A DNA stretch of 64,000 nt from IMG/VR virus record IMGVR_UViG_3300032274_000001, positions 1 to 64,000 of that record. One strand, written 5' to 3'. This DNA is from a virus. Taxonomy: Duplodnaviria; Caudoviricetes. A model generated the notes under the pieces. The model did not search any database. It was not told where the DNA came from and saw only the letters and a list, made by a program, of their open reading frames with translations. Positions 10,781-18,233 of the stretch are shown one piece after another. Within the stretch, counting starts at the first letter, position 1, and every line of letters starts with the position of its first letter. The position numbers and the translations under genes were made by a program.

Positions 10781-11136
10781 TCCGTCACCTCGTCAAGAAT
10801 GTGCATGATCATTGGTGGCTTGTCGGTGGCCAACTGGACGTGGGGCTTCGATGAGCGAACACTAAACCATCGCCGCTTCGTGTCCGGGTAGCTGTAGGTC
10901 GGCCCTTCTGGGTGCGTGATGTAGAACAGCAGCGCCCGCTCTGGCCTGTCGGCGCAGAGGAGCTTCCACCGTCGATTCATCTCCAGATCCCAAATACGAC
11001 GCGCGAGCTTCTTCCGCAGTCGCTTCCTGCCCTTTAGGGCACTAGGTCCCCACCGTCGAATCTCGTGCTCGATCGCAGGGACACCCCTCCGGGCGCGTTC
11101 GCTGAAGTCGTCTAGCCTGCCCATTCGCCAGTTCAT
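10777..11136 (-). CDS. Hypothetical protein
   Basis: 4-nt overlaps with neighbours on both sides. Confidence 0.55.
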   Translation of the reverse strand: MNWRMGRLDDFSERARRGVPAIEHEIRRWGPSALKGRKRLRKKLARRIWDLEMNRRWKLLCADRPERALLFYITHPEGPTYSYPDTKRRWFSVRSSKPHVQLATDKPPMIMHILDEVTE

Positions 11137-11369
11137 CGCCGTAGCCTTTCCAACAAGGGCCGGAGCTCCGAGGCCATCAAGGCGAGGGCGTGGTCATCGG
11201 CCATACCCGCCTCGTCTTCGCCTAGAATCGCCCCCAGGAGCTTTTCCAGAGTGGGGCCCCACCGTCGCAGTAGGGCCAGGTCTGCGACGCTTAGAGCGCC
11301 ATCCGGGAGCACTAGCGCGGACTTGATGTCTCCGAGGTGCTGGGCGATCTCGTCAAGGGCGTCTTTCAT
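11133..11369 (-). CDS. Hypothetical protein (start MKDALDE)
   Basis: ATG at 11369 overlaps upstream stop; helical composition. Confidence 0.55.
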   Translation of the reverse strand: MKDALDEIAQHLGDIKSALVLPDGALSVADLALLRRWGPTLEKLLGAILGEDEAGMADDHALALMASELRPLLERLRR

Positions 11370-11623
11370 GGGATGTCTCCCTTGACCGTGGAGGTCAGTC
11401 GCGATGCCAGGTCCTCGAAGTCGACCGCTGGTGACGCGGGGGCAAGGACGGTGGTGTCTTGGGCCAGCAGGGCACGGATGGTGCGAAGGCGGCGTGCGTC
11501 TTCGAGTGCCCTCTCGAAGTCGATACGGATCTGGTGGTCTCCGTCGCTGTGTAGTGTGCCGGTCTTGGAGTTCCGGTGGATGGTGCAATGGGTCCACTCC
11601 GGGCCGTAGGTCTCATCGTTCAT
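11366..11623 (-). CDS. Hypothetical protein
   Basis: Coupled ORF with GAGGA RBS. Confidence 0.55.
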   Translation of the reverse strand: MNDETYGPEWTHCTIHRNSKTGTLHSDGDHQIRIDFERALEDARRLRTIRALLAQDTTVLAPASPAVDFEDLASRLTSTVKGDIP

Positions 11624-11783
11624 GTGTCGTCCTCAAGGGTGTCGAGACTTCGACGCAGAAACAGACGCCTTCATCGAGAGCGCATCGTTCCCCCTCTGCG
11701 TTGCGTGCCCATTCGCCCTGCGTCCACGTCTCCGGCGTCGCGGTCTTCTCCCTGATCGCGTCGATCAACTCGACGTAGGTCAC
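11613..11783 (-). CDS. Small DUF6197-like protein (56 aa, not in ORF track)
   Basis: Manual translation MTYVELIDAIREKTATPETWTQGEWARNAEGERCALDEGVCFCV...; WTQG..AR...G....CFC motif. Confidence 0.45.
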   Translation of the reverse strand: MTYVELIDAIREKTATPETWTQGEWARNAEGERCALDEGVCFCVEVSTPLRTTHER

Positions 11784-12103
11784 TGCTCTTCCTCCATTGC
11801 ATCGAGAGCGGACAACAGGTCTCGCGCCTGCCCCTGGATGATCTGCGTTCCGTGGGGGGTTCGCCCCTGAATGCTCTTGAGGTTGTTCCCGACTCGCCGC
11901 GCTACCTCCACCACCGCTCTCAGCTTCTGCGCGTTGTTCGCGAGGAAGACGATGAACTCGGCGTTCGGAGTTGCGCCAATTCTTCCAATTTCCTCGAACG
12001 CGAGTAGGGACACGGCGTTGATCTGCGCGCTACCTCCGTCGATCTTCCACTTCCCCTGCGTCCTCTTGCCATCCAGCTCGGCGAGCTTCTCCAACCAGCT
12101 CAT
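11780..12103 (-). CDS. Ead/Ea22-like phage protein
   Basis: TQGKW...NAEFIVFLANNA motif. Confidence 0.5.
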   Translation of the reverse strand: MSWLEKLAELDGKRTQGKWKIDGGSAQINAVSLLAFEEIGRIGATPNAEFIVFLANNAQKLRAVVEVARRVGNNLKSIQGRTPHGTQIIQGQARDLLSALDAMEEEQ

Positions 12104-12209
12104 CCGTCACATCCTTTCCAGTGTACCCAGCCGAACAGGAACAGCTTCAGCGGGTTCCCCATCTCCGCGCCGCGTCCGCAGTGAACGCAGCACGGCATCA
12201 CGTCGTCCA

Positions 12210-12509
12210 TCACTCGTCGTTCCTGTCTTCCTCGTAGACCACGGCCATTTCGTACGTCCACGTGTCTTCCTCAGACTTGTAGCGCGGGCTGTCGGAGTCG
12301 ATCTCGTTGCGCCGGGTCGTGCGGTAAAGCGGGACATCGGCTCCGTCCAGGCACCACTCGGTCCGGACGTGGAGGCCGACTCCGTGGCCGGTCTCTCCAC
12401 CATACATGCGAGTGTTTGAGGAGTACGGCTTGAGCTTGTCGTCGAACTCCGACACCAAGACGGCGACCATCGTGCGGGAAACAGGAATCCAAGACCAGTC
12501 GCGCATCAA
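12210..12509 (-). CDS. Hypothetical protein
   Basis: Coupled to the thermonuclease gene. Confidence 0.5.
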   Translation of the reverse strand: MMRDWSWIPVSRTMVAVLVSEFDDKLKPYSSNTRMYGGETGHGVGLHVRTEWCLDGADVPLYRTTRRNEIDSDSPRYKSEEDTWTYEMAVVYEEDRNDE

Positions 12510-12835
12510 TTGCCCCCCTTGACAAAACCGGCCTCCGTCATGATCTCCGCGACGTCTCGGCCATCGACAAAGACGCGGGACACGATGCGCGAGAACGACA
12601 TCAGGGCGCCTTCCTTTGCGGGGGCGAGGAGGATTTCTGGGCCATCGAAGGTCAGTAATTGCTCCAGCCCTTTGCTCGCCGCGGGCCCCTTGGGCGAGCG
12701 CCGTTCCGGCGCGTCAAATCCGTCGATCCGCACCTTGCGCCGAATCCAGATCTTGAACCCCAGGTCGATGTCGAACTCTGCGGTGTCGCCGTCGATCACG
12801 CGCACAAGCTCGGCGCGGTAGATGTAGGGCGTCAT
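12506..12835 (-). CDS. Thermonuclease (SNase) family protein
   Basis: Y.A..VRVIDGDT..FDIDLGF...VRIDGFDAPE; catalytic D, R, D, E and the later R are present. Confidence 0.85.
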   Translation of the reverse strand: MTPYIYRAELVRVIDGDTAEFDIDLGFKIWIRRKVRIDGFDAPERRSPKGPAASKGLEQLLTFDGPEILLAPAKEGALMSFSRIVSRVFVDGRDVAEIMTEAGFVKGGN

Positions 12836-13026
12836 CTCGTTGCTCCACACGCAGTCACACACGCGGCGTAGGCTCGTGAGCACTCGATGTCCGCTTCCTT
12901 GTCCATCCATCGACTCTCGCACTTCAGGTACACCCGTTCGCAGGACTCCATGCATGCGAGTTTCTCCCCAGCGCCCGCATGGACCGGGAGCGCCAGAAGG
13001 GCAAAGAGTAGCCATGCCTGTGTCAT
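12832..13026 (-). CDS. Secreted 6-Cys peptide
   Basis: Signal-peptide-like N-terminus (LLALPVHA); CX3CX6C...CX6CX3C. Confidence 0.65.
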   Translation of the reverse strand: MTQAWLLFALLALPVHAGAGEKLACMESCERVYLKCESRWMDKEADIECSRAYAACVTACGATR

Positions 13027-13436
13027 GCGGTCACCGTCCCGCTCGGGTTTGGTTCTCCGCGTGGCTTCTGCGCTGCGCCTTGGTCGGCGGTGTCCACCCC
13101 CGGGCCCTGCAAGTTGATGTCCTGAGTTTTCCGGTCGAAAAAGGGGTGGGAGTCGATGGCTTGGCGCAACGCACGCTCCGCGTCCATCTGCGCCCCCGAG
13201 CGGGACATCTCCTCGCCCGAGAGGACGGACTCTAGCTGAAGTAGGTAGTTGAGGGCAGCGGCCAGGAGAGCCCCGTGGGGGCCCAGTGGCTCAGGCGTCC
13301 CTTCGTGTCCCCCGGGGTGACCCAGGGGCCTGTCGCAGATGCGCCACGGAATAGTCATGGCCTCCTTGCGGTTGAAGTAGGCCCTACAGTCTGGCCGATG
13401 ATCCGCGTCGTTCATCACGTAAATCTGTTCGCTCAT
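13023..13436 (-). CDS. Hypothetical protein (Cys/His motif)
   Basis: Start MSEQIY with GGAGA RBS; C.R..GH.G.H motif. Confidence 0.5.
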   Translation of the reverse strand: MSEQIYVMNDADHRPDCRAYFNRKEAMTIPWRICDRPLGHPGGHEGTPEPLGPHGALLAAALNYLLQLESVLSGEEMSRSGAQMDAERALRQAIDSHPFFDRKTQDINLQGPGVDTADQGAAQKPRGEPNPSGTVTA

Positions 13437-13618
13437 CGTTTCTCCTCGAACTTCCCGCACCACTCGGAGTTGGATACCCACGGGAACTGGCAGGTCTCGC
13501 CGCTCTCCTTAGATTGAGTGATCACGGGGGGATTGAACCGACACTCGCCACCCTTGCTGGCTTTCCCTGCCGATGGCTCCCACGGCCTGAAAAATCGACA
13601 CTTGACACAGGATTGCAT
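13433..13618 (-). CDS. Small Cys-rich phage protein
   Basis: MQSCVKC...ECRFNPP...FPWV...WCGKF. Confidence 0.65.
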   Translation of the reverse strand: MQSCVKCRFFRPWEPSAGKASKGGECRFNPPVITQSKESGETCQFPWVSNSEWCGKFEEKR

Positions 13619-14349
13619 CACCCCACCCCCAAGAAGTAGCGCCGCGTGCAGTTCCCTGCCGGCTGTCTGTCTGTCACTCGAAGGGTGTAGGTTCCCTTCA
13701 GCGCGTCGAACCAACGAAACGTGTAATTGGCCTCCCCGTCCTGGGCGATCTTCTCGATACGGTCGGGGCCGACGGCTGCGAATGTCACGGCGAGACACTG
13801 CGAAGGCCCGGTGCGGTCGGCGAAGTGGACCGTGAGCGTTCGTACTGGTGCGGCGAGCGTGTACGTCCATACGTGCGTTTGGTTTGGCTGCAGCACTCGC
13901 TCTGTGCCGGCCACGTGAGATGGGGCGCACGCACGGCCCAGGCACGGCCTGGGGACCTCGCCGAGGTACTCAATGGACACCGGAGGTGTCGTAGGTGTCG
14001 GACCCGCAGGCGGCTCTGTGGGCCTCGCTGACGGCCTCGGGGTGACGCACACGAATCCGTCTGGGCCGGGGATGAGATCCCCGAGGCACGGGGTATGGGT
14101 CGGCGTCGGGTGCGCGCTTGGCCTTGGCGTCGGAATGTCCTGTGAGGAGAACTTGTAGGACCCCGATCCGTGGCCCCATCGCCAAGCGCCGGCTTGCTCG
14201 CAGCCTAGCCGCTCCTGGTCTTGCGGCGGACACGTAGCCGGATCCGGTGGTGGGTTCCCGACTGCGCCGACGACGATAGCCTCGCAGAGGATCAGAAGGA
14301 CTAGTGGTACCAGCGCCCCCAGTAGTCCCGAGCGGTACAGAGTCTTCAT
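13618..14349 (-). CDS. Exported/membrane protein with Pro-Thr linker and C-terminal beta domain
   Basis: N-terminal hydrophobic helix, PTPRPSAHPTPT linkers, paired Cys. Confidence 0.7.
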   Translation of the reverse strand: MKTLYRSGLLGALVPLVLLILCEAIVVGAVGNPPPDPATCPPQDQERLGCEQAGAWRWGHGSGSYKFSSQDIPTPRPSAHPTPTHTPCLGDLIPGPDGFVCVTPRPSARPTEPPAGPTPTTPPVSIEYLGEVPRPCLGRACAPSHVAGTERVLQPNQTHVWTYTLAAPVRTLTVHFADRTGPSQCLAVTFAAVGPDRIEKIAQDGEANYTFRWFDALKGTYTLRVTDRQPAGNCTRRYFLGVG

Positions 14350-14370
14350 GGGTTCTTCCTTTCCGTTCCC

Positions 14371-14661
14371 TCACCACCCGCATGGTGGGAGTGCACAGTT
14401 GCCGCACATGGCGGCATTGAAGCCGGTGTCCGAGTAGAACCACCACGAGGTGCAGGTGCACTTCCGACCGTCGACCCCGCAGGAGCAGATCTTGCAAAGT
14501 TCCCAATCGCTGAGTGCAGTCGCGGAGAAGAACCACTCGTATATGGCTCCTGTCTCGGCGTGGACCCAGCCGCCAACGGTGACGGTCGTCGGGGGTGTCG
14601 TCACCGTGTGTACGACCACGATAACGAGGATCGCGAGCAGCCCTATCCGGACCCACTGCAT
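14371..14661 (-). CDS. Membrane-anchored Cys-rich protein
   Basis: MQWVRIGLLAILVIVVV TM segment; 8 Cys in the C-terminal 41 aa. Confidence 0.6.
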   Translation of the reverse strand: MQWVRIGLLAILVIVVVHTVTTPPTTVTVGGWVHAETGAIYEWFFSATALSDWELCKICSCGVDGRKCTCTSWWFYSDTGFNAAMCGNCALPPCGW

Positions 14662-14804
14662 CAGTCTGGCTCCTGGACCCGGTAGGTCTCGCACCAGTCG
14701 GGGTACCGCAGGCAATCCGAGCGCCCCTCACCGTAGGCGATCCAGAGAAAGAAGAGGAGCACGACGCCAAGGATCGCGCCCAAGACAACGGACGATTCGT
14801 CCAT
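14661..14804 (-). CDS. 47-aa single-TM peptide (not in ORF track)
   Basis: MDESSVVLGAILGVVLLFFLWIAYGEGRSDCLRYPDWCETYRVQEPD; fills the gap, coupled stop/start. Confidence 0.55.
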   Translation of the reverse strand: MDESSVVLGAILGVVLLFFLWIAYGEGRSDCLRYPDWCETYRVQEPD

Positions 14805-14806
14805 GG

Positions 14807-15001
14807 CTAGTTCTCCTCCTGGTCAGGAAGCACCACCTGGGCAGCCCTGAAGGCTCTCCAGCGGGCCGTAGCGCCCCGTACTAGGTCAGGGCACCCGTAC
14901 CCCCCAATGAGCCTCAGTACGCGCCTGGGGCGGCCCTGGGCATCCTCCGTGGGTACCACCTCCACTTCGATGTGGTCCTCGAGGCAACGGTGGCAGTTCA
15001 T
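14807..15001 (-). CDS. Hypothetical Zn-ribbon-like protein
   Basis: N-terminal CHRC; coupled ORF. Confidence 0.5.
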   Translation of the reverse strand: MNCHRCLEDHIEVEVVPTEDAQGRPRRVLRLIGGYGCPDLVRGATARWRAFRAAQVVLPDQEEN

Positions 15002-15327
15002 TGACCGGTCCTCGGGGCGTCGAAGGGGTCGAGGTCGGCGCTGAACAGCAGCGGCTTCAGGATGCCCCGCATGGCTGCGATGAACTCGGCAGAGTGCCAG
15101 TCGGCCAGGGCCGACTGGCGTTTGAGCCGCACGGCGGCAGTACCTCCGTCGCGGCCCTCCGAGTGCCCTGCGTCGTCACAGATCCGCAAGACTTGCAGCA
15201 GCCGAGGGGCCCACCGCTGGAGCTCGCTGCGCAACAGATCAGTGTCGGATTCTACGGTGAGGTCGACGTCGTACTTGGGCTGAGTAGACGTGGGTGGGTC
15301 GATGGTTCCTCGGATACGGTAGCTCAT
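14998..15327 (-). CDS. Hypothetical protein
   Basis: GAGGAG RBS, coupled ORF. Confidence 0.55.
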   Translation of the reverse strand: MSYRIRGTIDPPTSTQPKYDVDLTVESDTDLLRSELQRWAPRLLQVLRICDDAGHSEGRDGGTAAVRLKRQSALADWHSAEFIAAMRGILKPLLFSADLDPFDAPRTGQ

Positions 15328-15855
15328 CTAGTCCTCCTCTGGCTCGGGGAGTCTCTCCGGCCGGTCCGTTGGTATTGCGTTTTGGTCAGTCTGCCATTCG
15401 CCCATGGCGGCGCGCATGCAGATGGCGCGGTGCCCGAGCTCGGCCTCTAGCGACTCGTGGTAGCGCTCGGCGTAGATCTCCTGAGGGTCGAAGTCGGGGT
15501 CGCCACCTTCGGTCTCGCCCGTGCAGCGAAACACCATCGTCTCGAACTCGTGCGAAAAGGAGATGGTCTCGCGCTTCTCCTGCCCCCGGGGGTGGTAGTC
15601 GCCCACCGTCGAGACCAGCACGCGCCCGATGCGGGTACCCATGTGATAGCTGCAACTGTGCCCGACACAGAGGTGCGTGGCGTAGCCGTAGTGGACCCAC
15701 CGATAGTGGGGGACCTTAAGGACTACCCCTATCGGGGGCGCGCACGAAAAGCAGATGAGAGATACGGCGCCCCTCCACCCACGGATAGCGAAGGTGGTGC
15801 CCTCGTGGTCGGCATTGAGCCGCTGACCGCACTCGTCGCAGTTGACGGTGATCAC
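15328..15855 (-). CDS. Hypothetical protein
   Basis: GTG start overlapping the upstream stop; CxxC pairs and LVSTVG...FETMVF phage motif. Confidence 0.55.
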   Translation of the reverse strand: MITVNCDECGQRLNADHEGTTFAIRGWRGAVSLICFSCAPPIGVVLKVPHYRWVHYGYATHLCVGHSCSYHMGTRIGRVLVSTVGDYHPRGQEKRETISFSHEFETMVFRCTGETEGGDPDFDPQEIYAERYHESLEAELGHRAICMRAAMGEWQTDQNAIPTDRPERLPEPEED

Positions 15856-16043
15856 GAGAACCGCTCCCGTATCTCCGCAGGCAGCCAAGGGAACGGACTA
15901 CCCCACGGGTCTAGTGGCGCCCGGCAGCCGAAGCAGTAGGGCACTGGCGGATCGTCGATGGCCTGCGCATAGGTATCGTAGGTGATGCCGACTTGTTCTG
16001 GGTCCAAGGCGGTGCCGCACTCCTCACAGCGGACGGTAGTCAC
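15852..16043 (-). CDS. Zn-ribbon protein
   Basis: CEEC...CFGC. Confidence 0.5.
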   Translation of the reverse strand: MTTVRCEECGTALDPEQVGITYDTYAQAIDDPPVPYCFGCRAPLDPWGSPFPWLPAEIRERFS

Positions 16044-16351
16044 GAGAGCGTCACCTGATGCAGTTCGAGATGCCCCGCTGAGATCAGGCGCGCGAGTTTC
16101 GCGGCGTTGGTGTGATCGAGAGCGAGCCTTAACCTCCACTCGGGACGTCTGGCGCTTGTGCAAACGACGATGTCGAACCGGGAGAGCTGGTTACTACTCG
16201 GGGCGGTGAAGTAGACCTCCACAGAACTGACATCGTCGTAGGCTGCGATCAGGGCGGTATGCCCCGCCCGGATGTACTTCGGGCCAAGCCAGTGTTCGCC
16301 GAACGCCTCTCGCTCGAAGGGAGAGAACTCCCAATCGAAGGTAGGGCTCAT
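16040..16351 (-). CDS. Hypothetical protein
   Basis: Coupled ORF, start MSPTFDW. Confidence 0.5.
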   Translation of the reverse strand: MSPTFDWEFSPFEREAFGEHWLGPKYIRAGHTALIAAYDDVSSVEVYFTAPSSNQLSRFDIVVCTSARRPEWRLRLALDHTNAAKLARLISAGHLELHQVTLS

Positions 16352-16680
16352 GCCGCACCCCTCTCTCGCAGGAACCCAGCGAAGGCCCGGCGGGCTGCTC
16401 CGGAGTCGTGAGGTAGGCACCCGTCGATGACCCACTGCCGAAGCACGGACATCGCTGTCTCGGCCCCCTGCGCGGCCAGCTCGGCGCTACGGAAGGCAAG
16501 CACGAAGTAGCTGCGCCCTGGGGTGCTCTTGGAAGGCTGCGGCCCGACCTTTGTCTCGCTGACCCCGGCGACCTCGCACCGTACGAGCGCATGCGCGTCT
16601 CGGGTCTGCTCTCGGGTCAGGTTGCCAAACGAACAGGTCAGGGCCAGGCCGTTGGCCGATACTCCCACCGATGGAGTCAT
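16348..16680 (-). CDS. Hypothetical protein
   Basis: Coupled ORF with AGGAGG RBS. Confidence 0.55.
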   Translation of the reverse strand: MTPSVGVSANGLALTCSFGNLTREQTRDAHALVRCEVAGVSETKVGPQPSKSTPGRSYFVLAFRSAELAAQGAETAMSVLRQWVIDGCLPHDSGAARRAFAGFLRERGAA

Positions 16681-17351
16681 GGGGTGGGTTCCTCCTTGAG
16701 CCATCCGCGACTCTTCGCCACGGCTTCGATCAGAGCGATCTTGGCGAGGCATTCCTGCGGATCGCGCCCCTCTTCGGGCTTGGAGTTTTGCCAATGGGTG
16801 ATCGCGGAGGGGACGTCAGTGAACGCTCGGCACCCCGCGAAGATCCATGGCTTGTCCGAGATAGGCCGGACAGCGACGAAGCGGTAACCGCGGACGTCGA
16901 CTCCGGCATCGATCAGGTTGGCGTCTCCGAGGTTGGCGTCTCCGAGGTTGGCGCCTCCGAGGTTGGCGCCTCCGAGGTAGGCGCCTCCGAGGTTGGCGCC
17001 TCTGAGGTAGGCGCCTCCGAGGTTGGCGCCTCTGAGGTTGGCGTCTCCGAGGTTGGCGCCTCCGAGGTAGGCGCCTCCGAGGTTGGCGCCTCTGAGGTAG
17101 GCGCCTCCGAGGTTGGCGCCTCTGAGGTTGGCGTCTCCGAGGTTGGCGCCTCCGAGGTTGGCGCCTCCGAGGTTGGCGCCTCCGAGGTCGGCGTCTCCGA
17201 GGTTGGCGCCTCTGAGGTTGGCGTCTCCGAGGTCGGCGCCTCTGAGGTTGGCGCGCTCGGCTACCGCAGCCGTGAGCGCTTCGCTTAGCGAGGGGTGCTC
17301 GCTGCTCCAGACGACAGCGCCAGTGTCGCGGTGCTTGATTTCGATGGCCAC
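16677..17351 (-). CDS. Pentapeptide repeat protein
   Basis: 23 A(N/D/Y)L(G/R/I)(G/D) units. Confidence 0.95.
   Translation of the reverse strand: MAIEIKHRDTGAVVWSSEHPSLSEALTAAVAERANLRGADLGDANLRGANLGDADLGGANLGGANLGGANLGDANLRGANLGGAYLRGANLGGAYLGGANLGDANLRGANLGGAYLRGANLGGAYLGGANLGGANLGDANLGDANLIDAGVDVRGYRFVAVRPISDKPWIFAGCRAFTDVPSAITHWQNSKPEEGRDPQECLAKIALIEAVAKSRGWLKEEPTP
16908..17252 (-). repeat. 15-nt tandem array (23 units) containing a 90-nt higher-order duplication
   Basis: Units like ccgaggttggcgcct; pentapeptide units 8-13 equal units 14-19. Confidence 0.9.
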
Positions 17352-17352
17352 C

Positions 17353-17664
17353 CTATACCTCCCCTGCGTACATCAGCTCATCGTAGTCGAGAGCCGCGTC
17401 GCACCACTGGCTGAAGTCGTCGTGGAGCCGCTCCATGGCATCCGCGCACAGCACGCCCAGCTCTCCATCGGAGAGCGGCACGATGTGGTCGGTGCCGGGC
17501 TCGTAGGCTTCGAGTTCGTCCAGCTCGACCTCGCCCGTGTAGTGCCGGCGGATGTCGTACCCGACTAGCGTGTAGTGGATCACGGCATCGACAAAGCGAC
17601 TGCCTGACACACAGATTCCATTGGCGACGACCTCCCAGGGGGTCGTGTTCTCGATTCGTTCCAT
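17353..17664 (-). CDS. Hypothetical acidic protein (first gene of the leftward operon)
   Basis: Start MERIEN with GGAG RBS, downstream of the promoter at 17692-17720. Confidence 0.6.
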   Translation of the reverse strand: MERIENTTPWEVVANGICVSGSRFVDAVIHYTLVGYDIRRHYTGEVELDELEAYEPGTDHIVPLSDGELGVLCADAMERLHDDFSQWCDAALDYDELMYAGEV

Positions 17665-17691
17665 TGTCCGTCTCCTCTCCGGTCCGAGGCC

Positions 17692-17720
17692 AATATGCAC
17701 AAGCCTGAACCCCGTGTAAA
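17692..17720 (-). promoter_or_regulatory. Sigma70-like promoter for the leftward operon
   Basis: TTTACA-N17-CATATT on the minus strand in an intergenic divergence point. Confidence 0.55.
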
Positions 17721-17738
17721 CCCCCGATCGCAGTTTAC
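17716..17738. promoter_or_regulatory. Operator-like inverted repeat GTAAAC-N11-GTTTAC (extra TGTAAAC half-site at 17761)
   Basis: Same half-sites recur at 25305 and 29016. Confidence 0.6.
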
Positions 17739-17816
17739 CGAGAATCGACAGAAAGCCCCCTGTAAACAACGGCTCTCTCTCGGGCGGGTACGGTTCTGTG
17801 ATAGGGGCTACCCCTC

Positions 17817-18233
17817 ATGGGTAGGTACAGAAGGTATCGGCGGGTGGACCACGAAGATGAAGACGCGCCGGAGATCGACAAGGCGTTAAAGCGGCTGGGC
17901 TGCTCAGTCTTTCCGCTGGGGCGCCCCCTGGACAGGCTGGTGGGTTTCAGGGGGGTGACGATGCTGGTGGAGTACAAGCAGCCCCCGGGCCCCCAGGGGG
18001 GCACCTCGGCCAAAGGCCAGCATCTGAACGAAACACAGGTGGAATTCATCCAGGAGTGGAAGGGTGCTAAACCCCTCGTGGTCACGATCGAGAACTGTGA
18101 GGCCCGGGTGCTGGCCGAGGTGGAGCGCCAGCTCAAAGGAGAGAGCAAAGATGGACCGACTGAAGAAAGTGCTGAGCGGGCTATGCCTGGTGTCGGCAAT
18201 GGCGTGGCCCTCTACGGCCCAGACGCAGGATGA
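17817..18233 (+). CDS. PD-(D/E)xK endonuclease (VRR-NUC/resolvase-like)
   Basis: ALKRLGCSV...LDRLVGFRG.T.LVEYK...Q..F...WKG. Confidence 0.75.
   Translation: MGRYRRYRRVDHEDEDAPEIDKALKRLGCSVFPLGRPLDRLVGFRGVTMLVEYKQPPGPQGGTSAKGQHLNETQVEFIQEWKGAKPLVVTIENCEARVLAEVERQLKGESKDGPTEESAERAMPGVGNGVALYGPDAG

Noticed and set aside
16671-17288. + strand SEVGA-repeat ORF and CRISPR-like look of the array
   Set aside because: Mirror of the pentapeptide repeats; units are contiguous with no unique spacers and no cas genes
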